A stretch of 44,081 nucleotides of DNA from an uncultured Novosphingobium sp. (GTDB lineage Bacteria > Acidobacteriota > Terriglobia > Terriglobales > Acidobacteriaceae): assembly GCA_964658845.1 (NCBI GenBank), contig CBAAAE010000002.1, positions 1 through 44,081 of the forward strand, written 5' to 3'. The notes under the pieces are model-generated. The model searched no databases. It was given only the letters and a program-made list of their open reading frames with translations, and was not told where the DNA came from. The translations under genes and the position numbers were made by a program. Shown piece by piece: positions 36,001 to 44,081 of this stretch (position 1 is its first letter; every line of letters begins with the position of its first letter).

Positions 36001-37608
36001 TTACAGGCCTGATGCGAAGCGGCTTTCGCTCAGGTCGAGTTCCCTCTCCAGAATGCGGTAGACGCCTTCCTCCACACGCCCACTGTCGCGAAGTCCAATA
36101 AGTTCTTCCCGTTCAATCTGGACGGTCTCAAGCATGACGTTGGCCATGGTGCGCGCATGCCGGTCTTCGGCCGGAGCACCGGGACCGCAGTCAACGATCG
36201 ACTCAAGGCGGTGGCCGTACTGGTGCAACAGATCGTCGTAGGCATGCTGCAATTCGGGTTCATCCGTTCTGCGGCAGTCCTCCAGATAGCCGAGGGCACG
36301 ACGCAACAGCAGGCGGCGTGCCTCGGCCTCGTCGCAGCCATCCATCGGCTCGGGGGCAAGCCGCAGCAATCGCACCACGGCCGGCAGCGAGATGCCCTGC
36401 GCCACGAGCGTCGTGAGAATCACTGCGAAGGTCAAGAAGACGATCATGTTGCGCTGCTGAAATGGTTCCCCGTCGCTGAGCGTGTAGGGCAGCGAACTGG
36501 CGGCGGCCAGCGCCACCACGCCGCGCATACCTGTCCAACCCACGACGAAGATGCTGCGCGCTCTGGGCAGCGGTTCGTTCTGGTGCTGCAGCCGTCGGCG
36601 CACGAAGTAGGCGGCGCCGGCAGCCGGGTAGATCCATAGCAGGCGCAGGGCGATCAGCACTGCTGAGAACACCAGCCCATAGGAGAACAACCGTAGGTGG
36701 CTGTACCCCCGAATGCCGGCGAGTACCACCGGCAGTTGCAGGCCAAGCAGCAGGAAGACAAGACCGTTCAGGAGGAACTCGAGTGCCTCCCAGACAGCGC
36801 CAGCCTGCAAGCGGACCTGTGGCGAAAAGAAGGTCGCGCTCTTGCGGCTGAGATACAGCCCGCAGACCACGACCGAGATGACGCCGGAGGCGTGGACGGC
36901 CTCTCCTGCAAGGTAGGAACCATATGCCACGATGAACGAGATGGCGATCTCAACCGGGCCGTCATCGAGCCACTTCTCGAACCAGACCACTGCCGCGCCA
37001 CAGACCAAGCCCACACCGACTCCACCCGCAAACAGCCAGAGCAGGCGCAGGACGCCCTCGCCAAAGGTCGGCGTGGATCCGCGCAGAATCATGTCGAGAC
37101 CGAACTCCAGCGCCAGCAGGCCGGTCGCGTCGTTCAACAGGCTTTCGCCCTCCAGCACGTCGAGCACACGCTTGGGCAGGCCGATCTTCTTGGCAATGGA
37201 GGTGGCGGCTACCGCATCGGTCGGCGAAACGACAGCGCCCAGCAGAAAGCCCACACGCCAGTCGAACGACGGGATGAAGAAGTGCGCGGTGAGGGCTACG
37301 CCGATCGCCGTGAAAAAGACAAGGCCCACCGCAAGCGAAACGATGGAGACGATGTTGTATTTGAAGTCGAGCCAGGAAGTCTGCCACGCAGCCGCAAACA
37401 GTAAGGGCGGGAGAAAGACGAGGAAGACCAGGTTCGGTGGCAGTGGCACGCGCGGCAGGTGCGGCACAAACGAGGTGAGCAGACCGGCGATCACGAGAAC
37501 GATGGGATAGGACACCGAGAGCCGGCGCGCGACACCAGCGATGAGCGCGATGGCGATCAGCAGCGTGAGCATAACAAGCTGCAGGGTCGGTAGGTTGATG
37601 GCGGGCAT
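36001..37608 (-). CDS. Na+/H+ antiporter, CPA1 family (YjcE/NhaP-like)
   Basis: FLPPLLF, SPTDAVAA, LEGESLLNDA, GMRGVVALAAA; about 12 TM; start 37608 or 37641. Confidence 0.93.
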   Translation of the reverse strand: MPAINLPTLQLVMLTLLIAIALIAGVARRLSVSYPIVLVIAGLLTSFVPHLPRVPLPPNLVFLVFLPPLLFAAAWQTSWLDFKYNIVSIVSLAVGLVFFTAIGVALTAHFFIPSFDWRVGFLLGAVVSPTDAVAATSIAKKIGLPKRVLDVLEGESLLNDATGLLALEFGLDMILRGSTPTFGEGVLRLLWLFAGGVGVGLVCGAAVVWFEKWLDDGPVEIAISFIVAYGSYLAGEAVHASGVISVVVCGLYLSRKSATFFSPQVRLQAGAVWEALEFLLNGLVFLLLGLQLPVVLAGIRGYSHLRLFSYGLVFSAVLIALRLLWIYPAAGAAYFVRRRLQHQNEPLPRARSIFVVGWTGMRGVVALAAASSLPYTLSDGEPFQQRNMIVFLTFAVILTTLVAQGISLPAVVRLLRLAPEPMDGCDEAEARRLLLRRALGYLEDCRRTDEPELQHAYDDLLHQYGHRLESIVDCGPGAPAEDRHARTMANVMLETVQIEREELIGLRDSGRVEEGVYRILERELDLSESRFASGL

Positions 37609-37708
37609 GTTCGACACGGATCTCCAGTGTTTCAGAATCATCGTCTTTTTTCAGCAGAGAAGTCCTGCAGGCTCAACCGTGGAAGCAGCTAGACTTCAGA
37701 AAAGGTTA

Positions 37709-40177
37709 ATGCTCACAGTCACTTCGGCGTCACATACGCTTCCCCGCACACGGCGCAGGCTGCTGCCTGCCGCGGCTGTGACGTTTTTACTGCTGACGAT
37801 CTCAAGTGTTGTCGGCGCGCGGGTCTGGCTGCATGTCGCCATGCGAAACGCCTTGCCGCAGGTGTCCGGCCGCCTCAGGGTTCAGGGGCTCATCGCACCG
37901 GTGCAGGTCGCGCGTGACGAACACGGCGTCCCGCACATCACTGCGGCCAACATGGACGACCTGATCTTCGCACAGGGCTTCGTCACCGCTCAGGACAGGC
38001 TTTGGCAGATGGACATGCTGCGTCGTCACGTCTCAGGTCGCCTGGCGGAAGTGCTGGGCAGCAGCATGATCGAACATGACCGCACGCAGCGGTACCTGCA
38101 ATTGCAGGAAACAGCCGTGCGTGTTCTGCCGCAGTTGTCATCCGACGAACGGCATCAACTGGACCGCTACGCGCAGGGCGTAAACGCGGAGATTGCCACG
38201 TCGCGCGGCCACCTGCCGGCTGAGTTCCGGGTGCTCGGCTACCAACCCGAGCCCTGGTCCGCCGCAGACTCTATCCTGGTGTGCTTCGCGTTGGTGGAGG
38301 ATCTGAGCACAAGCTATCCGGGCAAGCTGAACCGCGAGGCAGTCGAAGCCAGGCTGCCGAGCGATCTGACCGGCGATCTGTACCCGGTCGGCTCGGATCG
38401 CGATCACCCGCCGCTGCAGAGCAATTCCAGACCGGCAAAGCCAGGCAAGCTGCCGGCTCTGCAGGAGGGTGAGTCACAGGCGGCCCTGCGTGACCCGGGA
38501 CATCTGGAAGACCTGCTGCGAGCGCGCGAAATCCTGGCCGCATCAGTGAGTGAACTGCAGTGTGAAGCGTGCCGTGCAGGTTCGAACAACTGGGCCGTCA
38601 GCGGAGCGCATACGCAAAGCGGCAAGCCGCTGGTGGCCAACGACCCCCACCTTTCCCTCACCGTACCGGGCATCTGGTACGCCGCCCAGCTGGAGACGGG
38701 TGCCTTTCACGTCACCGGAGCCACCGTGCCGGGCGTGCCGTTTGTTGTGATCGGACGCAACACGCACATTGCGTGGGGCTTCACGAACAGCACTGCCGAT
38801 GTGCAGGATCTGTACGTGGAACAGATTGCGGGCGACCAGTTTCAAGGACCGGATGGCAACCTGCGCCCCCTGCGCCACCAGCACGAAACCATCCTCGTGA
38901 AGCATGGGTCAAGCGTCCAGTTCGATGTGCTGCTGACGGAGCATGGCGGCGTGCCGACGCCGGTGCTGTCGCCCCTGTACCCGCACGAGCAGCGGAACAT
39001 CGCTCTCCGGTGGTCGATCTATGACCCGTCAGCGACGCATATTCCACTCCTGAAAGTGAACTCTGCCGCAAGTGGTGCGGCTCTGGTGAAGGCTTTTCAG
39101 GAGTACGGCGCGCCCGCGCAAAACCTCGTCTGGGGCGACGATCAGGGCCATATCGGTTATCACCTGATCGGCGACATCCCGCTGCGCGGACCGGGCGGCG
39201 AGAGCGGCCTGACGCCTGTGCCGGTAAACAGCGGCACGTACGAGTGGGCCGGCTACATCCCCTACGACAAGCTGCCCGCCGTAACCGATCCCGAGACCGG
39301 CGTCCTGGCGACCGCCAACGCGCGCGTCACGGGCGACAGCTACCCCTACCCGATCAGTCTCGACTGGGGTCCGCCGTACCGCAACCAGCGGATCTGGCAA
39401 CTACTCAGCCATGGCAAGAGCCTGACAACTGCCGACATGCTGGCCCTGCAGAACGACACGTATTCCGCCCTGGACAAGACCTACGCCGAACGCATCGCGT
39501 ACGCCGTCGATCACGCTCGTGCGCCTTCCAAACGCCTGCGAGAGGCCGCAAATCTGCTGAGAGCATGGGATGGCCACGTCACCGCGGACTCCGTCGCTCC
39601 AAACATCACAAGTGCAACCCGCCGTTCACTGCAGCCTATGCTGCTGCAGCCGCACCTGCGCGATGCGTGGGGGGCCTACCACTGGGGCGAGAGCAGCTAC
39701 GTGTTCGAACGAATGCTGCAACACGAGCCCGCACGCTGGCTGCCGGCCGCCTACGGAGACTGGAATGAACTGCTGGCATCAGCACTGGAACTCGGCATGC
39801 AACAGGCCGGCGCACCGGCCGATCTGAAGCAGTGGACGTGGGGCAGCACGCACCGGATTGATCTGGAACATCCCCTCTTCGGTTCTTCACCGTGGTTGCG
39901 TCTGTTGGACGGCGTACATGGCACGGGTGGGCAGCCGATGGAAGGCAACGAATTCACGATTCGCGTCTTCAACGGCAGGTTGGGAGCCAGCATGCGTTTC
40001 GTTGCAGACCTGGCAGATCCCGCAACCGCAGATCTCTGCCTGCCGATGGGCGAAAGCGGGAATCCTCTGAGCCAGTGGTTCGCGGATCAGTGGAGCGCCT
40101 GGTATCGCGGCGAACCTGTCGCTCTGTCCTTTGGCGCACACGGCCCCGTAGCGAGCACGCTGGTGCTTACGCCATGA
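37709..40177 (+). CDS. Penicillin acylase family Ntn hydrolase (S45)
   Basis: RDEHGVPHI, QGFVTAQDRLWQMD, G|SNNWAVSG nucleophile, ANDPHL, TANAR; N-terminal TM anchor; start ATG 37709. Confidence 0.93.
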   Translation: MLTVTSASHTLPRTRRRLLPAAAVTFLLLTISSVVGARVWLHVAMRNALPQVSGRLRVQGLIAPVQVARDEHGVPHITAANMDDLIFAQGFVTAQDRLWQMDMLRRHVSGRLAEVLGSSMIEHDRTQRYLQLQETAVRVLPQLSSDERHQLDRYAQGVNAEIATSRGHLPAEFRVLGYQPEPWSAADSILVCFALVEDLSTSYPGKLNREAVEARLPSDLTGDLYPVGSDRDHPPLQSNSRPAKPGKLPALQEGESQAALRDPGHLEDLLRAREILAASVSELQCEACRAGSNNWAVSGAHTQSGKPLVANDPHLSLTVPGIWYAAQLETGAFHVTGATVPGVPFVVIGRNTHIAWGFTNSTADVQDLYVEQIAGDQFQGPDGNLRPLRHQHETILVKHGSSVQFDVLLTEHGGVPTPVLSPLYPHEQRNIALRWSIYDPSATHIPLLKVNSAASGAALVKAFQEYGAPAQNLVWGDDQGHIGYHLIGDIPLRGPGGESGLTPVPVNSGTYEWAGYIPYDKLPAVTDPETGVLATANARVTGDSYPYPISLDWGPPYRNQRIWQLLSHGKSLTTADMLALQNDTYSALDKTYAERIAYAVDHARAPSKRLREAANLLRAWDGHVTADSVAPNITSATRRSLQPMLLQPHLRDAWGAYHWGESSYVFERMLQHEPARWLPAAYGDWNELLASALELGMQQAGAPADLKQWTWGSTHRIDLEHPLFGSSPWLRLLDGVHGTGGQPMEGNEFTIRVFNGRLGASMRFVADLADPATADLCLPMGESGNPLSQWFADQWSAWYRGEPVALSFGAHGPVASTLVLTP

Positions 40178-41952
40178 GCGGCTCGCCCCTGCCACCAGTG
40201 CAGCAGAACCGCTGGTCACGCTATCTCCCCGCACTGACTTTTGCGGTGGCGGCCCTGTTCGCGGTAATCCCGCTGATGGTGCATGGCTGCTCGTGCGGGC
40301 ATGACTTCGATTTCCACCTGCAGAGCTGGATGGAAGCTGCCTCGCAGTGGCAGCACGGCATCATCAAGCCCGTCTGGGCGTTTACGCCCGCATACAACGC
40401 GGGAGAGCCGCGTTTGCTGATGTACCCTCCGCTTGCCTGGGCGACAGGCGGCCTGATCGGGCTGCTGCTCCCTTGGAATGCCGCGCCCGCTGCGTTCACG
40501 TGGCTTGTGCTGTTCCTCTGCGGACTTACCATGCATCGTCTGCTGCGCCGCTGGACAACGCCCGCCGTCGCAACGCTGGGGGCCTGCCTGTACCTGGTGA
40601 ACCCGTACATGCTGTTTGTCGCGTACGAGCGCACCGCCTATGCGGAACTGATGGCCGCCGCGTGGATGCCGCTGCTGCTGGCAGCGATGCTGCGGCCGCG
40701 TATGAGCACGTGGCGCGTTGCGGTCGCGATCGCGCTGCTTTGGATGACCAACGCGCCTGCCGCGGTGGTTGGGTGCTACTCCGTTCTGCTGCTGGGCCTG
40801 GTGCGGCTGGTGCTGATCCGACGCGAGGGTCCTGGACGCATGCTGCGCTTCGCAGGACATGTCGCCGTCGGTGTGGGCCTGGGCCTGCTGCTCGACGCCT
40901 TCTACCTTGTTCCCATGGCTACCGAACGGCGATTTGTACAGCTTGCGCTGGCAGTTGTTCCCATGGCCCGGCCCGACGCGAACTTCCTGTTCATGTCCGA
41001 CAAGGACGCGTTCCACAGCCATGTGCTGCTGCAGGCTTCGTGGATCGCGGTCGGAACGCTGGTCACTGCGCTGCTCTGCGGATCTGCCCTGCTCTACCTT
41101 GAACGACGAAAGGCGCGCCGCGTACAGGCGTTTGCGTCCATGCACGCACGCGAGCGAACTGCCGGTGCGGAGCCGGCCATGCGAGCAACCGTGGTGACAT
41201 TGATCAGTTACAGCGCGATTGTCGCTTTCCTGCTGACCCGGTGGAGTGTTCCGGTCTGGCATGTCGCGCCGGAGTTGGTTTTTCTCCAGTTTCCGTGGCG
41301 ATTTCTGGCCATGCAGTCGGCAGTGATGATGACGCTGATCGCACTGCTGCTGAACCGAGGCCTGCGCCGCGCTCGACCCCTGCCGACGGCGTTGGTAGCT
41401 GTGTCTATCGCGCTGCTTGCGGGCTACTTTGCGGGTGGCGACTACTTCCGGGAAGCGTGCGGTGACGACGAGACCGTGGTTGCACAGCTCACCGCGTTCC
41501 TCCATGGCGACGGTACCGATCCGACGGACGAGTACACGCCCGTAACCGCAAACAACGACGAACTCCACCTGCACCTGCCGCCAGCGTGGATCGAGACGAG
41601 CGTCGAAGGCAACCCAACTGGAGCCTTTTCCTCTATTCAGCCGGACAAGCCACGCACGGAAGATATGCGCTTCATCACTCCTGCACAGCCCCGGCCGTCA
41701 TTCCTGATCGTTCGTCTGCGAGCCTTTCCCGGCTGGCACGCGGTGCGAGACGGTGCGGAGACCGAGGTCCGCAAGCGTGTCGACGGCCTGATCGTGGTGC
41801 CATTACCCGCCGGCCCCAGTCACTCTGTGGAGATGGTCTACCGCACCACGCCGGATCAATGGGCAGGTATCGGCATAAGCGGAGCGACGCTGCTGGGGTG
41901 TGCGCTGTTCGCTCGGCGGAGACGCTCCGGTATCATGAGGCAGCCTGAATGA
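40174..41952 (+). CDS. Polytopic membrane protein, 'PTPS-related' / GT-C-type glycosyltransferase-like
   Basis: GHDFDFH, GEPR..YPPL, LYLVNPY..F..YER.AYAE, LQFPWRF, PGW; overlaps the upstream stop (ATGA). Confidence 0.78.
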   Translation: MSGSPLPPVQQNRWSRYLPALTFAVAALFAVIPLMVHGCSCGHDFDFHLQSWMEAASQWQHGIIKPVWAFTPAYNAGEPRLLMYPPLAWATGGLIGLLLPWNAAPAAFTWLVLFLCGLTMHRLLRRWTTPAVATLGACLYLVNPYMLFVAYERTAYAELMAAAWMPLLLAAMLRPRMSTWRVAVAIALLWMTNAPAAVVGCYSVLLLGLVRLVLIRREGPGRMLRFAGHVAVGVGLGLLLDAFYLVPMATERRFVQLALAVVPMARPDANFLFMSDKDAFHSHVLLQASWIAVGTLVTALLCGSALLYLERRKARRVQAFASMHARERTAGAEPAMRATVVTLISYSAIVAFLLTRWSVPVWHVAPELVFLQFPWRFLAMQSAVMMTLIALLLNRGLRRARPLPTALVAVSIALLAGYFAGGDYFREACGDDETVVAQLTAFLHGDGTDPTDEYTPVTANNDELHLHLPPAWIETSVEGNPTGAFSSIQPDKPRTEDMRFITPAQPRPSFLIVRLRAFPGWHAVRDGAETEVRKRVDGLIVVPLPAGPSHSVEMVYRTTPDQWAGIGISGATLLGCALFARRRRSGIMRQPE

Positions 41953-42860
41953 ATCTCGATTATGCTGACCTCGTCAAGACCGGCGTTGCGCTGACGGACG
42001 CAGCGCTCGAACGACTGCTGCCCGGCACTGAGACGTTGCCCCATTCCATCCACCGCGCCATGCGCCACTCTGTCTTCGCGGGTGGCAAGCGGCTGCGGCC
42101 GCTGCTCGCACTTGAGTCCGCACGCATGATCGCGGGGAACCTTCCGGAGGGCGCGTCTGACGTCGGCGCAGCCCTCGAGATGCTCCACACGTATTCCCTC
42201 ATCCATGACGATCTGCCCGCGCTCGACAACGATGACCTGCGGCGCGGCAAGCCAACCTGCCACGTGGTTTTCGGGGAGGCCATCGCCATACTCGCCGGCG
42301 ATGCACTGCAGACACTGGCTTACGAAACCCTGGCAAAGCTGCCCGGCGATGCTGCGACGAAGATTGAGATTGTGAAGGAAATCGCCATGGCCACCGGCAC
42401 CGGCGTGGGCGCGGAAGGCCTGCCGCCCGGCATGATCGGCGGCCAGGTAATGGATGTCGAGAGCGAAGGCGGGAGGCCAACCGCCGATCTCGTCGAGAGA
42501 ATCCATCGCGCGAAGACGGGCGCGCTGATTACCGTTTCCATCGTCGCGGGAGGCCTGTTCGGGGGCGCCGGTTCGGACGAGGTCGAGCACTTGCGCCGAT
42601 TCGGCCAGCGAGCAGGCCTCGCCTTTCAGATCGTCGACGATGTGCTCGACGAAACGCAGAGTTCCGAAGCTCTGGGCAAGACCGCGGGCAAGGACACTGC
42701 GAGTGACAAGGCGACATGGCCGGCGGTCTTCGGGATCGACGCATCATGCGAAACGGCAGCGGAACTGCTGCGGGACGCACTGGCAGAACTCGACCGCTTC
42801 AAGGAGCGTGCCGAGCCGTTGAAGGCCGTCGCCCGCGCCCTGGTGGAACGTACGCGCTGA
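41949..42860 (+). CDS. ispA: Polyprenyl synthetase (farnesyl diphosphate synthase type)
   Basis: GGKRLRP, HTYSLIHDDLPALDNDDLRRGKPT, GGQ..D, KTG, FQIVDDVLD, GKTAGKD. Confidence 0.93.
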   Translation: MNLDYADLVKTGVALTDAALERLLPGTETLPHSIHRAMRHSVFAGGKRLRPLLALESARMIAGNLPEGASDVGAALEMLHTYSLIHDDLPALDNDDLRRGKPTCHVVFGEAIAILAGDALQTLAYETLAKLPGDAATKIEIVKEIAMATGTGVGAEGLPPGMIGGQVMDVESEGGRPTADLVERIHRAKTGALITVSIVAGGLFGGAGSDEVEHLRRFGQRAGLAFQIVDDVLDETQSSEALGKTAGKDTASDKATWPAVFGIDASCETAAELLRDALAELDRFKERAEPLKAVARALVERTR

Positions 42861-43228
42861 TGCTGACGGCAGCGGATATTCGTGAAGCGCTCAAGGTTTG
42901 CTTCGACCCCGAACTCCCCGTGAACATCGTGGATCTCGGCCTGGTATACGGCATCGACATCACGCGCGATGAAGACGCGCCGGGCTTTGAGCCTCGTTAC
43001 GACGTGCGCGTGACGCTGACCATGCGTGCCCCCAGCGACGAGCGCGAAGCCATGCTGCTGGGACAGGTGCATAACCGGCTCGCAGGGATGTGGGAAGTGA
43101 GCCGAAGCCATGTAGACCTGGTCTGGGAACCCGCCTGGACCGCCGACCGCATGAGCCCGGACGCGCGCCGGCAGCTTGGTCTCGATCGCGATCCGAAGCA
43201 GGGGCTGGTGTCGATCAAGCTTGGCTAA
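42860..43228 (+). CDS. DUF59 / SufT-like metal-sulfur cluster assembly factor
   Basis: DPELPVNIVDLGLVY, LVWEPAWTADRMS..AR..LG; TGATG coupling to ispA. Confidence 0.85.
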   Translation: MLTAADIREALKVCFDPELPVNIVDLGLVYGIDITRDEDAPGFEPRYDVRVTLTMRAPSDEREAMLLGQVHNRLAGMWEVSRSHVDLVWEPAWTADRMSPDARRQLGLDRDPKQGLVSIKLG

Positions 43229-43246
43229 GCTTCAACCGCTCTACCC

Positions 43247-43362
43247 GTCATCCTGAGCGAAGCGCAGCGCAGCCGAAGGATCTGCTTTTCCTTAGAATGG
43301 CGCATCTCTTCAAAGGAATGCAGATCCTTCGACTACGCGCCGGGCGCTCCGCTCAGGGTGAT
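43247..43362. repeat. REP-like palindromic element, copy 3
   Basis: GTCATCCTGAGCG...CGAAGGATCTGC pairs with GCAGATCCTTCG...CGCTCAGGGTGAT; lies between convergent genes. Confidence 0.85.
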
Positions 43363-43380
43363 GATTTGGGGTGATGTCTC

Positions 43381-44081
43381 TCAGCGATAGACGATCGATT
43401 CGAGCCCGCTGGTTCCGGCGTTGTCGCCTGACTTGAGCGTGGTCTTATCTGCGACGGTCAGTGTGACATCGCTCAGCTTCAGATTCTTTGTGTCCGCGAT
43501 ACCACCGGCGGTCTGTGCCTGGATCGATACATGATCGATCACAAAGTTATCCAATGTTGCATTCGGGTACGCCGCCATGTCGATTGCCGTCTTCGCGTTT
43601 TTTGCCTCGATGTTCCAGATGTGTACGTCACGAAAATGTGCCAGTCCCCTGCTCTCCGGAACAGGTGTAGTTAGTGGGATCCAGTACGGCGGTACTGTCT
43701 TCGGATCGGTGCCGGGCGGCAGCGTTGCGTAGCTGTATGAAGGGTTCCAGTTCAGGGTGACCTTGATGGGTGTCGACACGCCGTCAAGGTGCAGATCGTG
43801 GATGCGCAGGTTCTCGCCGAAGCCGCCGCGCACGCGCGCGCTCTTGATCAGCACGCCGCTGCCCACGCCCTTGCCGGCGGTCAGGTTGTAGGCCTCGATG
43901 TTGCGAAAGCCACCGGAGGTCTCGCTGCCGAACGTGATCGCTGCCGCCCCCGTGCGAATGATGGAGTCGCGAATGACAACATCCTCCGTGGGGCGGTTCA
44001 CACGCAGGCCATCCGAGTCGCGTCCTGCCTTCAGGCAAAGTGCGTCGTCGTTCACATCGATGTCGGCATGCTGCACGAGTA
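43381..44081 (-). CDS. Glycoside hydrolase family 28, C-terminal part, truncated by window edge
   Basis: NDDALCLKAGRD.DG, ITFGSETSGG, IKSARVRGG; beta-helix pattern. Confidence 0.88.
   Translation of the reverse strand, partial: LVQHADIDVNDDALCLKAGRDSDGLRVNRPTEDVVIRDSIIRTGAAAITFGSETSGGFRNIEAYNLTAGKGVGSGVLIKSARVRGGFGENLRIHDLHLDGVSTPIKVTLNWNPSYSYATLPPGTDPKTVPPYWIPLTTPVPESRGLAHFRDVHIWNIEAKNAKTAIDMAAYPNATLDNFVIDHVSIQAQTAGGIADTKNLKLSDVTLTVADKTTLKSGDNAGTSGLESIVYR

Noticed and set aside
40174-41952. 6-pyruvoyl-tetrahydropterin synthase activity
   Set aside because: The family name is misleading. The protein is polytopic with no QueD/PTPS motifs.

Overview
A GC-rich, gene-dense chromosomal segment. 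The TIGR03435-type protein, Oar-like TonB-dependent receptor and Zn-ribbon-XRE regulator point to an Acidobacteriaceae (Terriglobus/Granulicella-like) genome; this is inference. Most of the window is housekeeping: dapA, dapD, rnj, uppP, ftsK, ihfB, pncA, uppS-cdsA-dxr-rseP-panE and ispA. It also holds envelope genes (OmpA-domain protein, TonB-dependent receptor, GT2 and GT-C glycosyltransferases) and sugar or amino-acid catabolic genes. I found no tRNA, rRNA, CRISPR array, integrase or transposase. The most unusual structure lies at about 6.4-9.15 kb. Two minus-strand accessory genes (a CPBP/Abi protease and a TIGR03435 protein) each have, at their 5' side, a copy of the same ~220-240 bp segment, which contains a hairpin, a promoter region and the start of the serine/threonine dehydratase gene. 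The first copy is a frameshifted version with mostly synonymous divergence, so the locus looks like stacked cassettes. Other observations are three CGTC-type palindromic REP elements, an Asp-less LuxR response regulator, ECF-like and leaderless promoter signatures, small genes wedged into conserved operons, and several enzymes with altered signature motifs.
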